A stretch of DNA of 64,000 nt from Heterodontus francisci (GCF_036365525.1 NC_090406.1:29618854-29682853); one strand, 5' to 3'; positions 13,436-27,742 are shown, numbered from the stretch's first letter. The notes: a model not told the origin generated them from the sequence alone. Numbers and translations: made by a program.

Positions 13436-15072
13436 TAGTTCATTATTCTCCCACATTCTGAAAATATGTGAATGTGCTTGAAATCACATCAGACTTTCAG
13501 AATGATCCCACGCTTTACATTCATCCTCAATCTCTGGATTACAAATCCCTACCTGCGGGTTAGGAGTTCTGAGAAGATAGTCAAGTATAACAACGGGAAT
13601 TTGTTCAGATCTGACCAAGTTCCTCAACATGCAATCCATCACTGAAAACCACCCTGACAACAATATATACAACAACAACTTGAATGGAATAGCACATTTA
13701 ATGTGGTAGCATCTCCTAAGACACTAGTGGACATTAGTGGAAGAGTGAAAGGAGGTGAACAACTGTCAAGAGTAGAGGGACAGTGCCTGAGGAAAAGGAA
13801 GTATTAAATGATATCAACAAGTATTGGGTGAGTCCAAAGACATTGACCGTAGCAGAAAATTCTGTAGTTCTGGATTAGTTTTAAATTTGTTAGGGCCCAT
13901 CCTTCTGGGTATCTGCTCCTACCTCAGGGGTTTCCTTTCAGATTAAGACAGGGGATCTCGTGCAATTATGGAACCCTGCCCCCTCCCACTCACTCTGTGA
14001 AACTCCCAGGGAATATTTGGTTCTTTAAGGCTTCCTTATCTGAATAAGGTAGAGGTAATTCTTGTACACCTCCCTGAGTGCCAGAGACAAATATATCTAA
14101 TTCAACAACACACCAGCGGTTTGGCCATCTTCTCTCCAATTTCTGTTGCATCTACCCAACCTTTTCTGTTGGACCTACACTGTGGATTCCTTTTTCCCCA
14201 GAAGGATAATTGTGTTCTAATCATGCTGAAGAAGAGGAGGATTAAAAAGCAACAGTGATACACTGCTCCCAAAATAGTTGACCTGACATTTTACTGATTT
14301 AAAGTATAGGATGGACATATTTTAAATATGAGTATTTTGTAATGGTGTTGTGTTTTGAAATTGCATTGTGCATTGTGTACTCTAGAGGCTGTAGTAGAAC
14401 ACAAATGCTAGTAAAGAGAAAGTGAAACTAAAACAGACAGAATGAGAGGAAAAGCCTTTATGTTCAGCTGCTGCAGTCTATGCCTCATATCCTATACTAA
14501 ACGCAGCTGAATCTCACTCCAGTCCTAAGGGCATCACAGTATCCTGCTCTGAATCTCACAGAGGCTACCTTCATTGGTTGTTCTTTCTTCCTTTTTCTGG
14601 ATCTGTGCTGAGGAAGTTTGGGGGAGGACCCACAGAAGTAACTCCTGGTCCAAGGTTACTCGGGTCACTGTAAACCTCCTCTTTATAGCTCCAGCTGTTG
14701 ATTTTGCAGATAGTCAAGCATCACTGAAAGACTCCTGGTCCATTGAGAGTCCAAGCAGCTACATCTTCGGCTGACGGTATTTTTGTAGGGTAGCTCAGAG
14801 TGCTAATAATTGGGTTACCCTTCTTTTTGAGTGCAAAGATTGTGATTCGCGACCTGCCCATGCCCATGCAAATTGAAGTGGACACCATGCAATATTCATG
14901 TACCCATCTCATCTGCATGATTGTAGCATTGGCCCGAATGGCTCCAGTGTTGCTTCTCTGCCCTCTAAGCTGTCTGCAGCCTCTGTGCACAGCAGAGGGG
15001 CCCAGCAGCATTGTATGCTGATCATGTGGTACAGGCAGGCTGCCTATTAAAGGGAGGCTGCACATCTGAGAT

Positions 15073-15960
15073 CATGGCTGATGGAAAATCATTTTGAAAG
15101 GTTGGAAGACTATCTCAACAGACAAAGGAGAGGGTTCAATGCTTTAGTGATGATGCAGTGGATGCTCTGGTCACTGAGGTGGACTCCAGGAGGGAGGCAA
15201 TGTTTCCCCAGTTGGGAAAGAAGCCCTCTAGACACAGCCTGAAGAGACAATGGGATCAGAGCGCCAGGGAGGTGAATGCCTGGAATCTGACACCACAGAC
15301 GTAGCAGCAATGCGGGAAAAAAATACAATGATCTCACCCAGGTAGTCAATGTGAGTGAATGCATCCTCACTATACAGCTCATGCAGACCATACCAACAAC
15401 CTCTCTCTCCACTCAATGCACACCCCCAATACTCATCCAGCAGCACTTCCTGGCACTCAGGACTCACACCTAACATTCACCTACTCCACCTCACTCACAC
15501 ACAATGCTGCCATCATCACAGCCACCTCTCCCTGCTTCCAAACACCTCCAGATATTCAGTCATGGCAGGAACACCCAAGCACAGTGCCACACAATCACTG
15601 ACACTCTGCCCTCACTCTTGCAGGAGAAAGATGCCCATAACACCAGGGGGAGAAAGAAGACAGGAGATGGGAGCCCCACGACTCCATCCTCTGAGCCCCC
15701 TGGAGGTGATGGTGCAATGCATCATGAGGCAACATAGCTCATGGCATCTGACACAGCAGAGGCTGTCTACAATGATGATAAGTGACAGACTTATGTCCTT
15801 TTTCAACTCCCTTCTCACCCTCATCCTGAGATGTGGCATCAGTGGAAACTAAAGATGGCGTGACCATAGAACTCCTGCTTTTCTCACCTCCCCTGCCCAC
15901 CCTCTGCTTGTATGCTTTCAGATACAAAAGAACTGCCACCTGGACACCCTTAGCAGAGGC
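15073..15960 (+). pseudogene. Intron-containing Harbinger Myb/SANT-like accessory gene remnant
   Basis: FSDDAVDALVTEVDSRREAMFP..LKRQWDQSAREVNA..T*QQCGKK/YNDLT, with donor GTGAGT at 15351 and acceptor ttgcag|15624 EKDAHNTRGRKKTGDGSP. Stop at 15302 and one frameshift. Confidence 0.6.
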
Positions 15961-18585
15961 AGAAGGGAGAGGTAGAGCTACCCCATGAAAGTGATAAGGA
16001 TACACGGTCACTTAATCTTACACATGCAGCCAACAGCTCAGATACTTGCACTGCGAGGACCTTAGAGGGTAAGGGCACCCAAAAGGCAGGTACAAGGGGA
16101 TTGCACAAGGGTGATTAGTTCATTGATGTTTGTATAATTGGATGTGTTGTTGCATAAAGAGGTTTTGTGAAGGTTCTTGTTGGTGGCTTTTATTGCTGGA
16201 TGGGGAAGGAGCCATTGTGATGGGGAGTGTGAAATGGATCTGAGGGTGGTGATTGTTGGGTCCAAGTTGGGATGAGAAAGTTGTTTGAAGTGGAAGCATA
16301 GCTCCACAATCCTCTGTCTGATAGTCCATTCAGTTACATGGGGTCCAGGATGCCTCCTCCCTGCCTCCTCCAATTCCTCATCCCTCTCTCCTCAACAGAG
16401 CTGCCTCGTCAAATAGCATTCTCTGTTCCATTTCCTGCTTATGCTGCAGACCCGGAGGCATTAAAAGAACTGCCCCCTTATCTGGGTCAGATAGTCATCT
16501 CTCCTCTTTAGTTGAATTTCTAAACTGGCAGAAAACACGTCCAGGCATCCAATAACTGTGCCTAAGGAGAAGTCACTGTAAACCACCTCACCTTCAACTC
16601 ATGGCACCCCTTTAATCACCCCTTTAATTCGCACAGGTTCAGGTCCCATCTTGCAGCTGCACACCTAATCTTTGGTGAGTGATGTATAAATTCTTGGGCT
16701 GGATTCATCTTCCAATTCTGGCGTCGCATAAGCTGGTTGGGCTGTATGACACCAGGATAGCATCAGTGCGAGCTCTTCCAGCACAAGCAGGGGACCCACC
16801 TGTGGGCAACCTTCTTCTGCCTTTATGTTGGGCAGACCGCTCCGGAAGCAGCTGTAGTGCCGGTCTCCATCGTGCTGCCTCAATGAATTTCTAGCACAGA
16901 TCCTGTCATCATTGAACAAATGTCTTACATTACATGCAGTGACATTTGCCATTCAGGACTTCCTTCAGGCTAACTCACTGCAGATTAGGCTGCATTGAAT
17001 ACCCTATAAATAGGATCATGGCCCACCTCTCCAAGAACCTGCTTTGCCCATTGTCTTGTATGAGATTTCAGGATACCCATAGGGATTGCAACAAAGATGA
17101 GTTTGATGGGGGAAAAAACTTAATAGGCTAGAGATACCTATAGTTTTCTTCATGATCCACCCAACTCAGCTGTGATTCCTTTCTTCCCAACCCACCCTGG
17201 ATCTGAGGAGCAGATCAGGTCTGGTGCTTGGGTTTAGGGTATCATCAGAGATTACCCTCTTTATTTTGTTTGTCAAAGATTCTATGTTCTGACAATGTTG
17301 TCCACCATCATCTAATATCTAAACTGGTGACTGATCCAGGATGGCGTTTTGTCATCTGTGGGAGAAAAGCAAGTTCCTCCTGACCAGGGGAATGCTTCAG
17401 GATAGTAACCCTGCCTTGGTCCTTTGCTAGGAAACTGGCTAACCAATGCCTACTTTCACGTACCATTCCACCTGGTTATTGCAGGTATCTCAGATTCAAT
17501 TTTTAAGATCAGTGTACACGGCTCTGTGCACCCAAATCCTTAACAACCATATTCTTACTATTCAGCATGCTCATGAAAGATGCATCCATTGCTGCAGTTT
17601 AACTGCAGTAGCAGCACTTACATGTGTATCCTTGTTTAAATGTCCAGTTTTGTGAAGGCTATTGTCAACAAGCATCTCAACTTATTCCAAAAGCTTGACT
17701 TCTTCATTTCAAGAAGTCTCATCTGTCATCATAGCAGTACATGATTTTCAGACAATCCCTGCTTTGCAATCCTCCGATATGACTGGTGCCACCGTCATGC
17801 AGAGGTCAATATTATAGCAGATCACTACCTGCTTGTACTCGGGCTGAATGTAGATAGCCCCATGCATAATATTGTTCATGTGATCTCTGCATTTGAATTT
17901 GATTCATCAGCATTTTCACAAGTGTCCCAGTTGATGGAGGCAAATGAGAATGATGGTCTCGGGAACTAATATTCCTCAGGAAATTTGCGAGCAAACACCA
18001 CCTTGATCACTGACCTTAGTCATAAATGTTCCCCTACTGAGGTAAGGAAAGCAAGATCAAGAGGCATGGACACAAGGCCAGTTGATTATGCAGAGTCTAC
18101 CTGCCACATAAACAACTGAGCAGCACAGATAACTCCAATTCACTTCAGTGAAGGATAAATCCTTTAAGAAATAAGTGGTATATGGAGGAGAGCAGAAGAA
18201 GAAAAGAATGACCTACCTTGTAGAATCTTCCTCTTTCTCTGAATGCTGTGGCAACCTCTACACTATGCTGCTACCTGGTCATTCCATGAGGTCTTTGAAG
18301 AATATAAAATTGATACTGCTTTCTTCCTCTCACAAAATCCTCTGGAAGTCTGAAAACTAAATGCAATCTTGTGGATACGCCAGACTTTATTAATGGTGCA
18401 GGATTGGAAAGATTGTATGGGCAATCTACCTTAAAGCATTTCGACCTTAAAAGGAGATTGTCCATTAGGTGAATGTAATGGATCAGTGCAATTCAGTTGT
18501 GTGTAAAGAACACCATATCAATTTAAAGATTACACTACAAGACAGACAATCTTTTTTTTTAGCCAATACCACACCTCCCACTTAC

Positions 18586-18854
18586 CATATGTTTGACAGC
18601 TGATACAATCTGAACAAATATAAATTTACTCTCATATTCCAAGAGTCGTCCCCGCGTGCAGATCTTGGTGAATAGATCCCCTCCGTCTGCATATTCTAAG
18701 GCCAGGTACAGTCGAGTTTGTGTCTCCAGCATCTCGTACAGGCGGATGATATTGGGATGATGAAGTTTCTCCATGCTCAGAACTTCACTTATGAACAGTT
18801 GCTGTGCCTTCTGGATCAGTTGCTTTTTATCCATGATCTTAATCGCTACCTTTT
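18586..18854 (-). CDS. NIM1K: NIM1K-like kinase, coding exon 2
   Basis: Acceptor ttgtag|AA AAG GTA gives (E)KVAIKIMDK..MEKLHHPNIIRLYE..LEYADGGDLF..AVKHM. Donor ATG|GTAAG. 269 nt. Confidence 0.93.
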
Positions 18855-19090
18855 CTACAAATTACAAAGAGAAAGATACTGGTTACTTTCTATTATTAAT
18901 GGCAATGTACTGGGTGTAGTCTCTGCAATTCTATAATGCAGTCAATGGAAGCAGTAGATAAGTTTCTTTCTGAATGAATGTGTTGGTGATTCATCATTCA
19001 GGTGACTACTTGTGGTGTGCTCAGAGCGCTGCACATATATCAGTGTGAGTGTGTACTAGGATCTAACAAAATTCTTCATTTACTGAGATA

Positions 19091-19542
19091 CTGAGATGGA
19101 TTTTAAGAAGCCCCCATGTCGGGTTCCAAGGCAGGGGGGCACCTGAAGTTGGCTCCAGTTGAGGCTCGCCATAGACCACGATGCCGGCAGGGCCTGGCCC
19201 GATCCTCCCGGCAGCGGCAAGGCACCACGGAGGCCCTCCCGCCGCTTGGCGACAGGACCACAATCACCACATTCAAATTAGTAAAATTAATGCATTTAGA
19301 TGTACTTACCTCAGATCTTGAGGGCCCACCTGCATGGGCACATGCAGCTGAGGCCATTTCCGGGGACGGACAGTCTACTCCCTCCATGTGATTGTGGGGG
19401 GGGGGGGGGGGGGGAGGGAGTGGCGGGCCCCCCCCCAACTATTTAAATGAGCCACCGCACTTAAGATTGCGGAAGCTGTTTGGTGTGTGGCCCACATGAG
19501 CAGGCCGCCATTTTTTGAGCTTGCCACCAAAATCCAGCACAC
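19091..19542. mobile_element. MITE-like element with imperfect TIRs
   Basis: Left end ATGGATTTT, right end AAAATCCAGC, GC-rich interior resembling 12088-12820. Confidence 0.4.
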
Positions 19543-20531
19543 TGTGTGCTGTCTGGTACTAGAGTAATCCAAGCAGTTTATAGCCTTTGCATGTTTTTAA
19601 GCTGGTTTAATGTGGCCCCTCTGAGTTTAATCAAAGTTTGTAATCTCCCTAAGGACAATCACTTCTGTGGATCTAATATAATTTTGGGGAAATGAGCATT
19701 GACAGACCAATGTTTCTTTACGATGGTATGAATATACAGCTACGTTGCCATGCAGCCGAGAGGACAATTCAGAGTACAATGTATTAATAGGATTGACTTA
19801 AGAATGCCTATTGTCAATTTCCATGGTAAAATGGTTACTCATGAATCTGATACTGTTCCTCATATTGGTATTACTCATTTGAACTCACTACTTTACAGAT
19901 GCAGGCCAGGTACTCTAGCAACTGAGTGTCCTACCCTTTGCAGAGTGTATGTAATCTTGGGATTAATCAGGATGTGTACCCCTATCTTGGTTGTGAAAAG
20001 CTGAGATGAAAATACAAGTATGTTGGAGTCAGCAAAAGGGCATGAAAGGTAGACTGTTTTCTTTGATAGTACACCCATGAGTCAAATTGTGAAAATAGGG
20101 AGGGGCAAAAAACATTTTAGAAGCTGTTTAACAGATCCATTAGAAAGAGCAGGCTCAGTGGGCTGAGTGGCTCTTCCTCTTCCATATATTCACAAAGGAT
20201 CTTTCTTTACTGTACCTGCTTCCTTCATACATCTCCTTCATTTTTTCCAGCTGAGTGAATAACAGTGCAAAGTTCTATAATAACATGATGACTCATCTAG
20301 AAAAGATCACGCTCACCTCAAGCCTTCAATTTTCCAGATTATTGACAGCATTACCTTTGTTAGGGCAACCTGAGCTGAACCAATTATATCGTGGCAACTG
20401 GGGTGGGCCGGTTGCGGGAGGGGGAGATTCTGTGCCTTGCTCAATAAAAACCTGAAGATCCCTGTTCCAGTATCCACGCATGTAGTTTGGAATAAAATGC
20501 AACCAATATTAATGATTTATAGTCACTTAAC

Positions 20532-23530
20532 CACAGAATTACAGAATCGTTACAGTGCAGAAGGAGGCCATTTGGCCCATCGTGTCCGCACTGCCTCTCT
20601 GAAAGAGCAATTCCCTTAGTTCCATTCCCCCTCCTTCTCCCCGTAACCCTGTACATTCTTCCTTTTCATATAACTATCTAATTCCCTTCTGAATGCTTCA
20701 ATTGAACCTGCCTCCGCCACGTTCTCAAGCAGCACATTCCAGATCTTAACCACTCGCTGCGTAAAAAAGTTTTTCCTCGTGTCACTTTTGCTTCTCTTAC
20801 CAAAAACTTTAAATCTGTGCCCTTTTGTTTTCGATCCTTTCACGAGTGGGAATAGTTTCTCTCTATCTACTTTGTCCAGACCCCTCATGATTTTGAATAC
20901 CTCTATCAAATCACCTCTTAGCCTTCTCTTCAAGGAAAACAGTCCTAACTTCTCCAATCTATCTGCATAACTGAAATTCCTCATCCCTGGAACCATTCTC
21001 GTGAATCTTTTCTGTACTCTCTCCAGTGCCCTCACGCCCTAAAGTGCGGCAAGAACTGGACGCAATACTCCAGCTAAGGCCAAACTAGTGTCTTATACAA
21101 GTTCAATGTTACTTCATTCCTCTTGTACTCTATGTTCCTATTAATAAAGCCCAGGATACTGTATGCTTTATTCACCACTCTTTCAACCTGTCCTGCCACC
21201 TTCAATGACTTATGCACATATACACCTAGGTCCCTCCACTCCTGCACCCTCTTTAGAATTGTATCCTTTATTTTATATTGTCTCTCCATTTTCTTCCTAC
21301 AAAAATTAATCACTTCACATTTCTCTGCATTGAACTTCATTTACCACCTGTCTGCCTATTCCACCAACTTGTTTATGTCCTTTTGAAGTCCTACACTATC
21401 CTCCTCACAGTTCACAATGCTTCCAAGTTTCATATCATCTGCAAACTTTGAAATTGTGCCCTGTACTCCAAGGTCTAGTCATTAATAGATATCAGGAAGA
21501 GCAAGGGTCCCAACACTGATCCCTGGGGAACTCCACTACAAACCTTCCTCCAGCCCAAAAAACATCCATTAACCACCACTCTTTTTTCCTGTCACTCAGC
21601 CAATTTTGTATTCATGTTGTTACCGTCCCTTTTATTCCATGAGCTACAAGTTTGCTCACAAGTCTGTTGTGTGGCACTGTATCAAACGCCTTTTGAAAGT
21701 CCATGTACACCACATCAACAGCATTGTCCTCATCAACCCTCTCTGTTACCTCCTCAAAAAACTCCAGCAAGTTAGTGAAACATGATTTTCCCTTACGAAA
21801 TCCATGCTGGCTTTCCTTAATTAACTCACATTTGTCCATGTGACTATTGATTTTGTCCCGAATTATTTTTTCTAGAAGTTTTCCCATCACTGAAGTTAAA
21901 CCCTCTGGCCTGTAGTTGCTGGGCTTATCTTTACACCCTTTTTTGAACAAGGGTGTAACGTTTGCAATTCTCCAGTCCTCTGGCACCACCCCGAGTCTAA
22001 GGAAGACTGAAAAATTATGACCAGTGTCTCTGCGATTTCCACCCTCACTTCTCTCTGTATCCTTGGATGCATCTCATCTGGTCCTGGTGCCTTATCCACT
22101 TTAAGTACAGACAGCCTATCTAATACTTCCTCTTTATCAATTTTAAACCCCTCTAGTGTCTGACTTACCTCCTCTTTCAACATTGCCTGGGTTGCATCTT
22201 CTTCTTTGGTAAAGACAGATGCAAAGTATTCATTTAATACCTCAGCTATGCCCTTTGCCTCCATGTGTAAATCCCCTTTCTGGTCCCTAATCGGCCCCAC
22301 TCCTCCTTTTACCACCCTTTTACTATTTATATGCCCATAGAAAACTTTGGGATTTCCTTTAATGCTAGCTGCCAGTCTCTTTTCATGTTCTCTCTTTGCT
22401 TCTCTTATTTGCTTTTTCACTTCCCCTCTGGACCTTCTAAATTCAGCCTGGTTCTCAATAGTATTTTCTACCTGACATCTGTAATAAGCACACCTTTTCT
22501 TCTTTATCTTAATCTCTACCTCTTTTGTCATCCATGGAGCTTTGGATTTGTTTGCCCTATTTTCCCCTTCGAGGGAACATACTTTGACTGTGCCCAAACT
22601 ATCTCTTCTTTGAAGGTAGCCCATTGTTCATCTACCGGTTTTCCTGCCAACTTTTGACTCCAATTTATTCACCCCGGCTCCATTCTTAATCCATTGAAGT
22701 TGTCCTTCCCCCAGTTAATTATTCTTACCCTGGATTGCTCTTTGTCCTTTTCCATAGTCAGCCTAAACCTTATGATACAATGATCACTGTCCCCTAAATG
22801 CTCTCCTACAGATACTTGATCCACTTGGCCACCTCATTCCCAAGAACCAGGTCTAGCAGTGCCTCCTTTCTCGTTGGACTAACAAAATACTGTTGTAGAA
22901 AATGTTCCTGAACACACTCTAGGAACTCTTGCCCCTCACTGCCCTTTATGCTAATATTATCCCAGTTTATGTTTGGATAATTAAAGTCCCCCATTATAGC
23001 TACCCTATAATTTTTGCACCTCTCTATAATTTCCTTGCGAATTTGTTCCTCCACGCCCTTCCCACTAGCTGGTGGCCTATAGACAACACCGAGCAATGTA
23101 ACCGCATCTTTTTTGTCCCTTAGCTCCAGCCAAATTGATTCTGTCCTTGACCCTTCTGTGACATCCTTTTTCTCCAGCACTGCAATACTCTCCTTAATCA
23201 ATACTGCCACCCTTCCCCCTTTTTTCCCTTTCCTATCTTTCCTAAACACCTTGTATCCAGGAATATTCAATACCCAATCCTGCCAATAGAGCCCCCAGGT
23301 CTCTATTATAGCCACAACATCATATTTCCACATGGCAAGCAATGCCAGTACCTCACCAGTCTTATTAACCACACTCCATGCATTCACATACATGAACATT
23401 AACCCTGATTCAGACTTTTTTACTTTCTCTCTTACTCTGACCACACCTAATAACTTACTCTTCCCTACTGTCGTGCTATCTATCTCCCTCAGTATTCTGT
23501 GCACCTTGGTATTCCTCTCTGATGCTTGCT
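20532..23530 (-). mobile_element. CR1 LINE with near-complete but frameshifted ORF2 (APE endonuclease + RT)
   Basis: MYVNAWSVVNK, DVVAIIETW, VYRPP, GDFNYP, LLDLV (endonuclease); KAPGPD, NYRP, QHGF, DFQKAFD (RT); 3' ATTCTGT-type tail near 20535. Confidence 0.92.
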
Positions 23531-23869
23531 CCTGGTTTCCACACCCCTGATAAGTTACCAGTTTTGCACCTCTCTGTAATTTCCCTCCAATCTGAGCTCC
23601 CTCTGAGGTTCTCATCCCTCTGTTGGTTCTGGCCTGAATCATTAGATTTCTGTTCTGGTCCCAAGAACAGACTGTCATATCTTGACCCAGCACAGCCTTC
23701 TTGAATATCCCTTTCTTCATAATCTCTTGGTGGGCTAAGATTTGTGAATTTTGCCTGTTTGAATGCTTGTCTGTCTTATTAAATTCTAAACCTCATTTTG
23801 ATTGCAGGTAATGGTATTTTGTAATTGCAGCTGTTATCTGAAGTCAACAGAACATTTCAGCTGCAGATG

Positions 23870-24900
23870 GGATGAGATAGGGGCAGAAATAGGCAATGTT
23901 ATGGAGCTGGAAGTGGGTGGTCTTCGTGATGGAGAGGATATGGGGTCAGTAGTTCAACTCAGGAGAGAATAGGATATAGAGGTGAAAAACAGTCTGATTC
24001 ACCCTCAGACATTGACCAGACGGCAATGCAGTGACAAGCGTGCAGAGTTTTTGATGGGACAAAGACAATGGCTTTAATCTTCACATTGATTAACTGGAAG
24101 AAATTGCATCTTAGTAAGAGTGGAGTCATGTGAAGGTAATTCCACTGAGTTGGAAAATGGAGGAGAGGCTTTGGAGGAAAATATAGTGGCCAACCATATC
24201 AATAGCTGTAGAAAAATGAGAAACATGAGGAGAAGTAAATGCACCATGGTCAGATTCAGAGAGGATGTCATTTACGATTTTTGTTAGGGATGTTTCAGTG
24301 ATTTTCCAGGGGTGGAAACCTAATTGCAGAGATTCAAGCATGGAAGTGCATAAAGCTGAGCATAGATTTGGCAGGCACAACCACATTCAATTACTTAGGA
24401 GGGGAAAGAGAGTTAGAAGATGAGGAACAGAGAGGATGAGATTTTCTTTCAGGAGGATCTCATGACGGTGATTTTGAAAGGAAGAAGGACAGTATCTCAG
24501 GACTGGGAACCATTTACAATGTCAATTAACATGGCGGACAAGAAGGGAAGTTGGGTTTCATGGTTGTGGAGTCAAGGAAGCAGAAACTGGGTCGCCTGGA
24601 CAAGAGCGGAGATAGGAAAGAAACTTGAGAAAGATATGGGTTCAGGGCTACGGCAGGGAAGAACTGGGGGAGAAAGTTTTGGCTTGGTGGCTAACAGGAA
24701 GTGGTGAAGCAGCAAAAGATGAATGGATAGTCTCAATCTTAATGATAAAGAGGTCCAGGAGTTCCTTCCACTTAGTTTTGAAGGTGAGAATGGTGCAGGG
24801 GAAGGGAAAATGGGTTCAAGGAGATGGTTGCTATTGGAGAAATGAAGCTAAGGGGCATCTTTGCTTTCCTGAGTGGTGGGCGGTTTTGGCAGAGGACTGT
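23870..24900 (-). mobile_element. Decayed L2-like LINE
   Basis: Minus frames give LESLQLGFHP..TETSLTKIVNDIL, L2 RT-like. Confidence 0.55.
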
Positions 24901-24944
24901 GAGACTGACAGTACTTGATGTGATTCTGCCCGATCTGGTGATTT

Positions 24945-25262
24945 TATTTATTTATTTATTTAGAGATACAGCATTGAAACAGGCCCTTCGGCCCACCGAG
25001 TCTGTGCCGACCAACAACCACCCATTTATACTAACCCTACAGTGTTCCCATATTCCCTACCACCTACCTACACGAGGGGCAGTTTACAACAGCCAATTTA
25101 CCTATCACTTGCAAGTCTTTGGCAGTGGGAGGAAACCGGAGCACCCGGCGAAAACCCACGCGGTCACAGGGAGAACTTGCAAACTGTGCACAGGCATTAC
25201 CCAGAATCGAACCCGGGTCCCTGGAGCTGTGAGGCTGCGGTGCTAACCACTGCGCCACTGTG
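24945..25262 (-). mobile_element. tRNA-derived SINE (HE1/V-SINE-like)
   Basis: Minus strand has A-box TGGCGCAGTGG and B-box GGTTCGATTCT, a central GTTTGCAAGTTCTCCCTGTG motif and a (TAAA)n tail. Highly similar to 47420-47775. Confidence 0.85.
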
Positions 25263-25441
25263 ATGTACAGCTCGACCAGTTGTATGAAAGATATGTTCAA
25301 GTCTGCGCCAGTTGGAGGCAATGACCATGATGGGAGAGAGCAGAGGTTTTGCTGGAGACATCAGAGATGGGGACAAGGGTGTGGTTGAGCAAACTCAAAG
25401 CTGCTTAAGTGATGAAGCGATTAAAGGACCATGAGCTCATT

Positions 25442-26115
25442 GAATGGTGGGGTCCTACTCTTTCCCTGGTTATCCTCTTCCTATTGATATACTTATAGAA
25501 TATCTTGGGATTTTTCCTACTTTTACCAGCTAGAGCTTTCTCATATCCCCTCTTTGCGCTCCTAATTGCTTTCTTAAGCTCCATCCTACACTTTCTGTAC
25601 TTCACTAATGCTTCCGTTGATTTGCTCTCCTTGTATTTGCTAAAAGCCTCTCTTTTCTTTCTCATTGTACCCTGAATGTTTCTGGTCATCTATGGTTCTC
25701 TGGGCTTGCTGCTCCTACCTATTAACTTAGAGGGAATATGTTGGGCCTGTACCCTCCCCATTTCCTTTTTGAATGCCCCCCACTGCCCTTTTGCAGATTT
25801 CCCGACAAGTAACTCTTTCCAATCTACCTTGGCCAGATCCTGCCTTATTTTACTAAAATTCGCTCTCCCCCAATCCAAAACCTTTTTTTGCAACTTGTCT
25901 ATTTCTTTCTCCATAACAAGCTTAAATTGTACCATGTTGTGGTCGCTATCACCAAAATGCTCCCCCACCAACACATCAACCACCTGTCCGGCTTCATTCC
26001 CCAGAATTAGGTCCAGCACTGCACCCTCCCTTGTTGGATCCTGTACATATTGAGCTAAAAAGTTCTCCTGTATACAATTTAAGAACTCCTCTCCATCTAA
26101 GCCCTTAACATGATC
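25442..26115 (-). mobile_element. CR1 endonuclease/tether segment, inverted relative to the adjacent CR1
   Basis: LDLILGNEAGQV..GDSDHN; KNPKIFYKYINRKRITRERVGP. Confidence 0.85.
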
Positions 26116-26124
26116 ACTATCCCA

Positions 26125-27220
26125 CCCTTCAAAATTGGCTTAGCTGTAGGAGACAGAGAGTGATGACAGACGGCTGTTTTAGTGACTGGAAGCCAGTGTC
26201 CAGTGGCGTACCACAGGGATCTGTGCTGGGTCCCCTATTGTTTGTCATTTATATAAACGACATAGATGACTATGTGGGGGATAGGATCAGTAAGTTCGCG
26301 GATGACACAAAGATTGGCCGAGTGTTTAACAGTGAGTTGGAGTGTCTTGGGTTACAGGAAGATATAGACGGGATGGTCAAATGGGCAGAAAAGTGGCAGA
26401 TGGAATTTAACCCTGAAAAGTGTGAGGTGATACACTTTGGAAGGAGTAATGTGACACGGAAGTATTCAATGAATGGCCTGACACTGGGAAGTTCCGAGCA
26501 ACAAAAGGACCTTGGCGTGTTTGTCCATAGATCTCTGAAGGCAGAAGGGCAGGTTAATAGGATGGTGAAAAAGGCATATGGGACACTTGCCTTTATCAAT
26601 CAAGGCAAGATTACAAAAGCAGGGAGGTCATGTTGGAGTTGTATAGAACTTTGGTAAGGCCACAGCTGGACTACTGTGTGCAATTCTGGTCACCACATTA
26701 TAGGAAGGATGTGATTGCACTGGAGGGGGTGTAGAGACGATTCACCAGGATGTTGCCTGGGATGGAACATTTAAGCTATGAAAAGAGGTTGGATAGGCTT
26801 GGGTTGTTTTCGCTGGAGCAGAGAAGACTGAGGGGTGACCTGATCGAGGTGTACAAGATTATGAGGGGCATGGACAGGGTGGATAGGGAGCAGCTGTTCC
26901 CCTTAGTTGAAGGGTCAGTTACGAGGGTCACAAGTTTAAGGTGAGGGGCAGGAGGTTTAAGGGGGATTTGAAGAAGAACTTTTTTACCCAGATGGTGGTG
27001 ATGGTCTGCAATGCACTGCTTGGGAGGGTGGTAGAGGCGGGTTGCCTCACAACCTTTAAAAAGTACCTGGATGAGCACTTGGCACATCATAACATTCAAG
27101 GCTATGGGCCAAGTGCTGGCAAATGGGATTAGGTAGACAGGTCAGGTGTCTTTAATGCAGTGGTGCAGACCCGATGGGCCGAAGGGCCTCTTCTGCACTG
27201 TATTATTCTGTGATTCTGTG
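26125..27220 (+). mobile_element. CR1 3' RT segment with intact 3' tail
   Basis: [21 protein letters not shown]; ends ATTCTGTGATTCTGTG, the CR1 octamer repeat. Confidence 0.92.
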
Positions 27221-27742
27221 AAAGGCTTGGTAATACAAGAACATTACATTGATTAATACCATCCCACTCTGGGAACACAAATCAAAGAACATGTGATTAA
27301 ATACTCTAATTTGAAAATGTTAAGATTTTAATTTTCTTTGCCCCAAATGTGACAACAAAAAGTGTAAAGAAGGTGCTCCCACTGTCCAGAATGTCTATAG
27401 TCCGAGTAGAAGCTAAAGTGAATGTCGTTCAACCTGCAGTCAACTGATTATGAAAATTAAGTAGTACTAAACCAACCTCACTGACAGTGGCCATCTTCTG
27501 TGATAATCTGTAGGCTTTATTCCCAATGCTGGGTTACTGGTGCCTTAAATGGGCCATGTTCTCAAATTCAGTTTAACAATGTCAAAGATGGTTGATAATT
27601 GTCCCTGGTATTTTCCTCCATTAATTTTAACTATTCCTGAAATGTGTTGTTTATAGATGAATTGTCTGATCCGTACTATTTCATAATGTTTAGTTTAGAA
27701 AACAATTTTATCATTACATCATTGTACAACAGGGTTGTACAA

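Noticed and set aside
25195-25262. tRNA genes (here and at about 47705-47775)
   Set aside because: The A/B boxes are SINE heads that continue into shared SINE bodies and tails.
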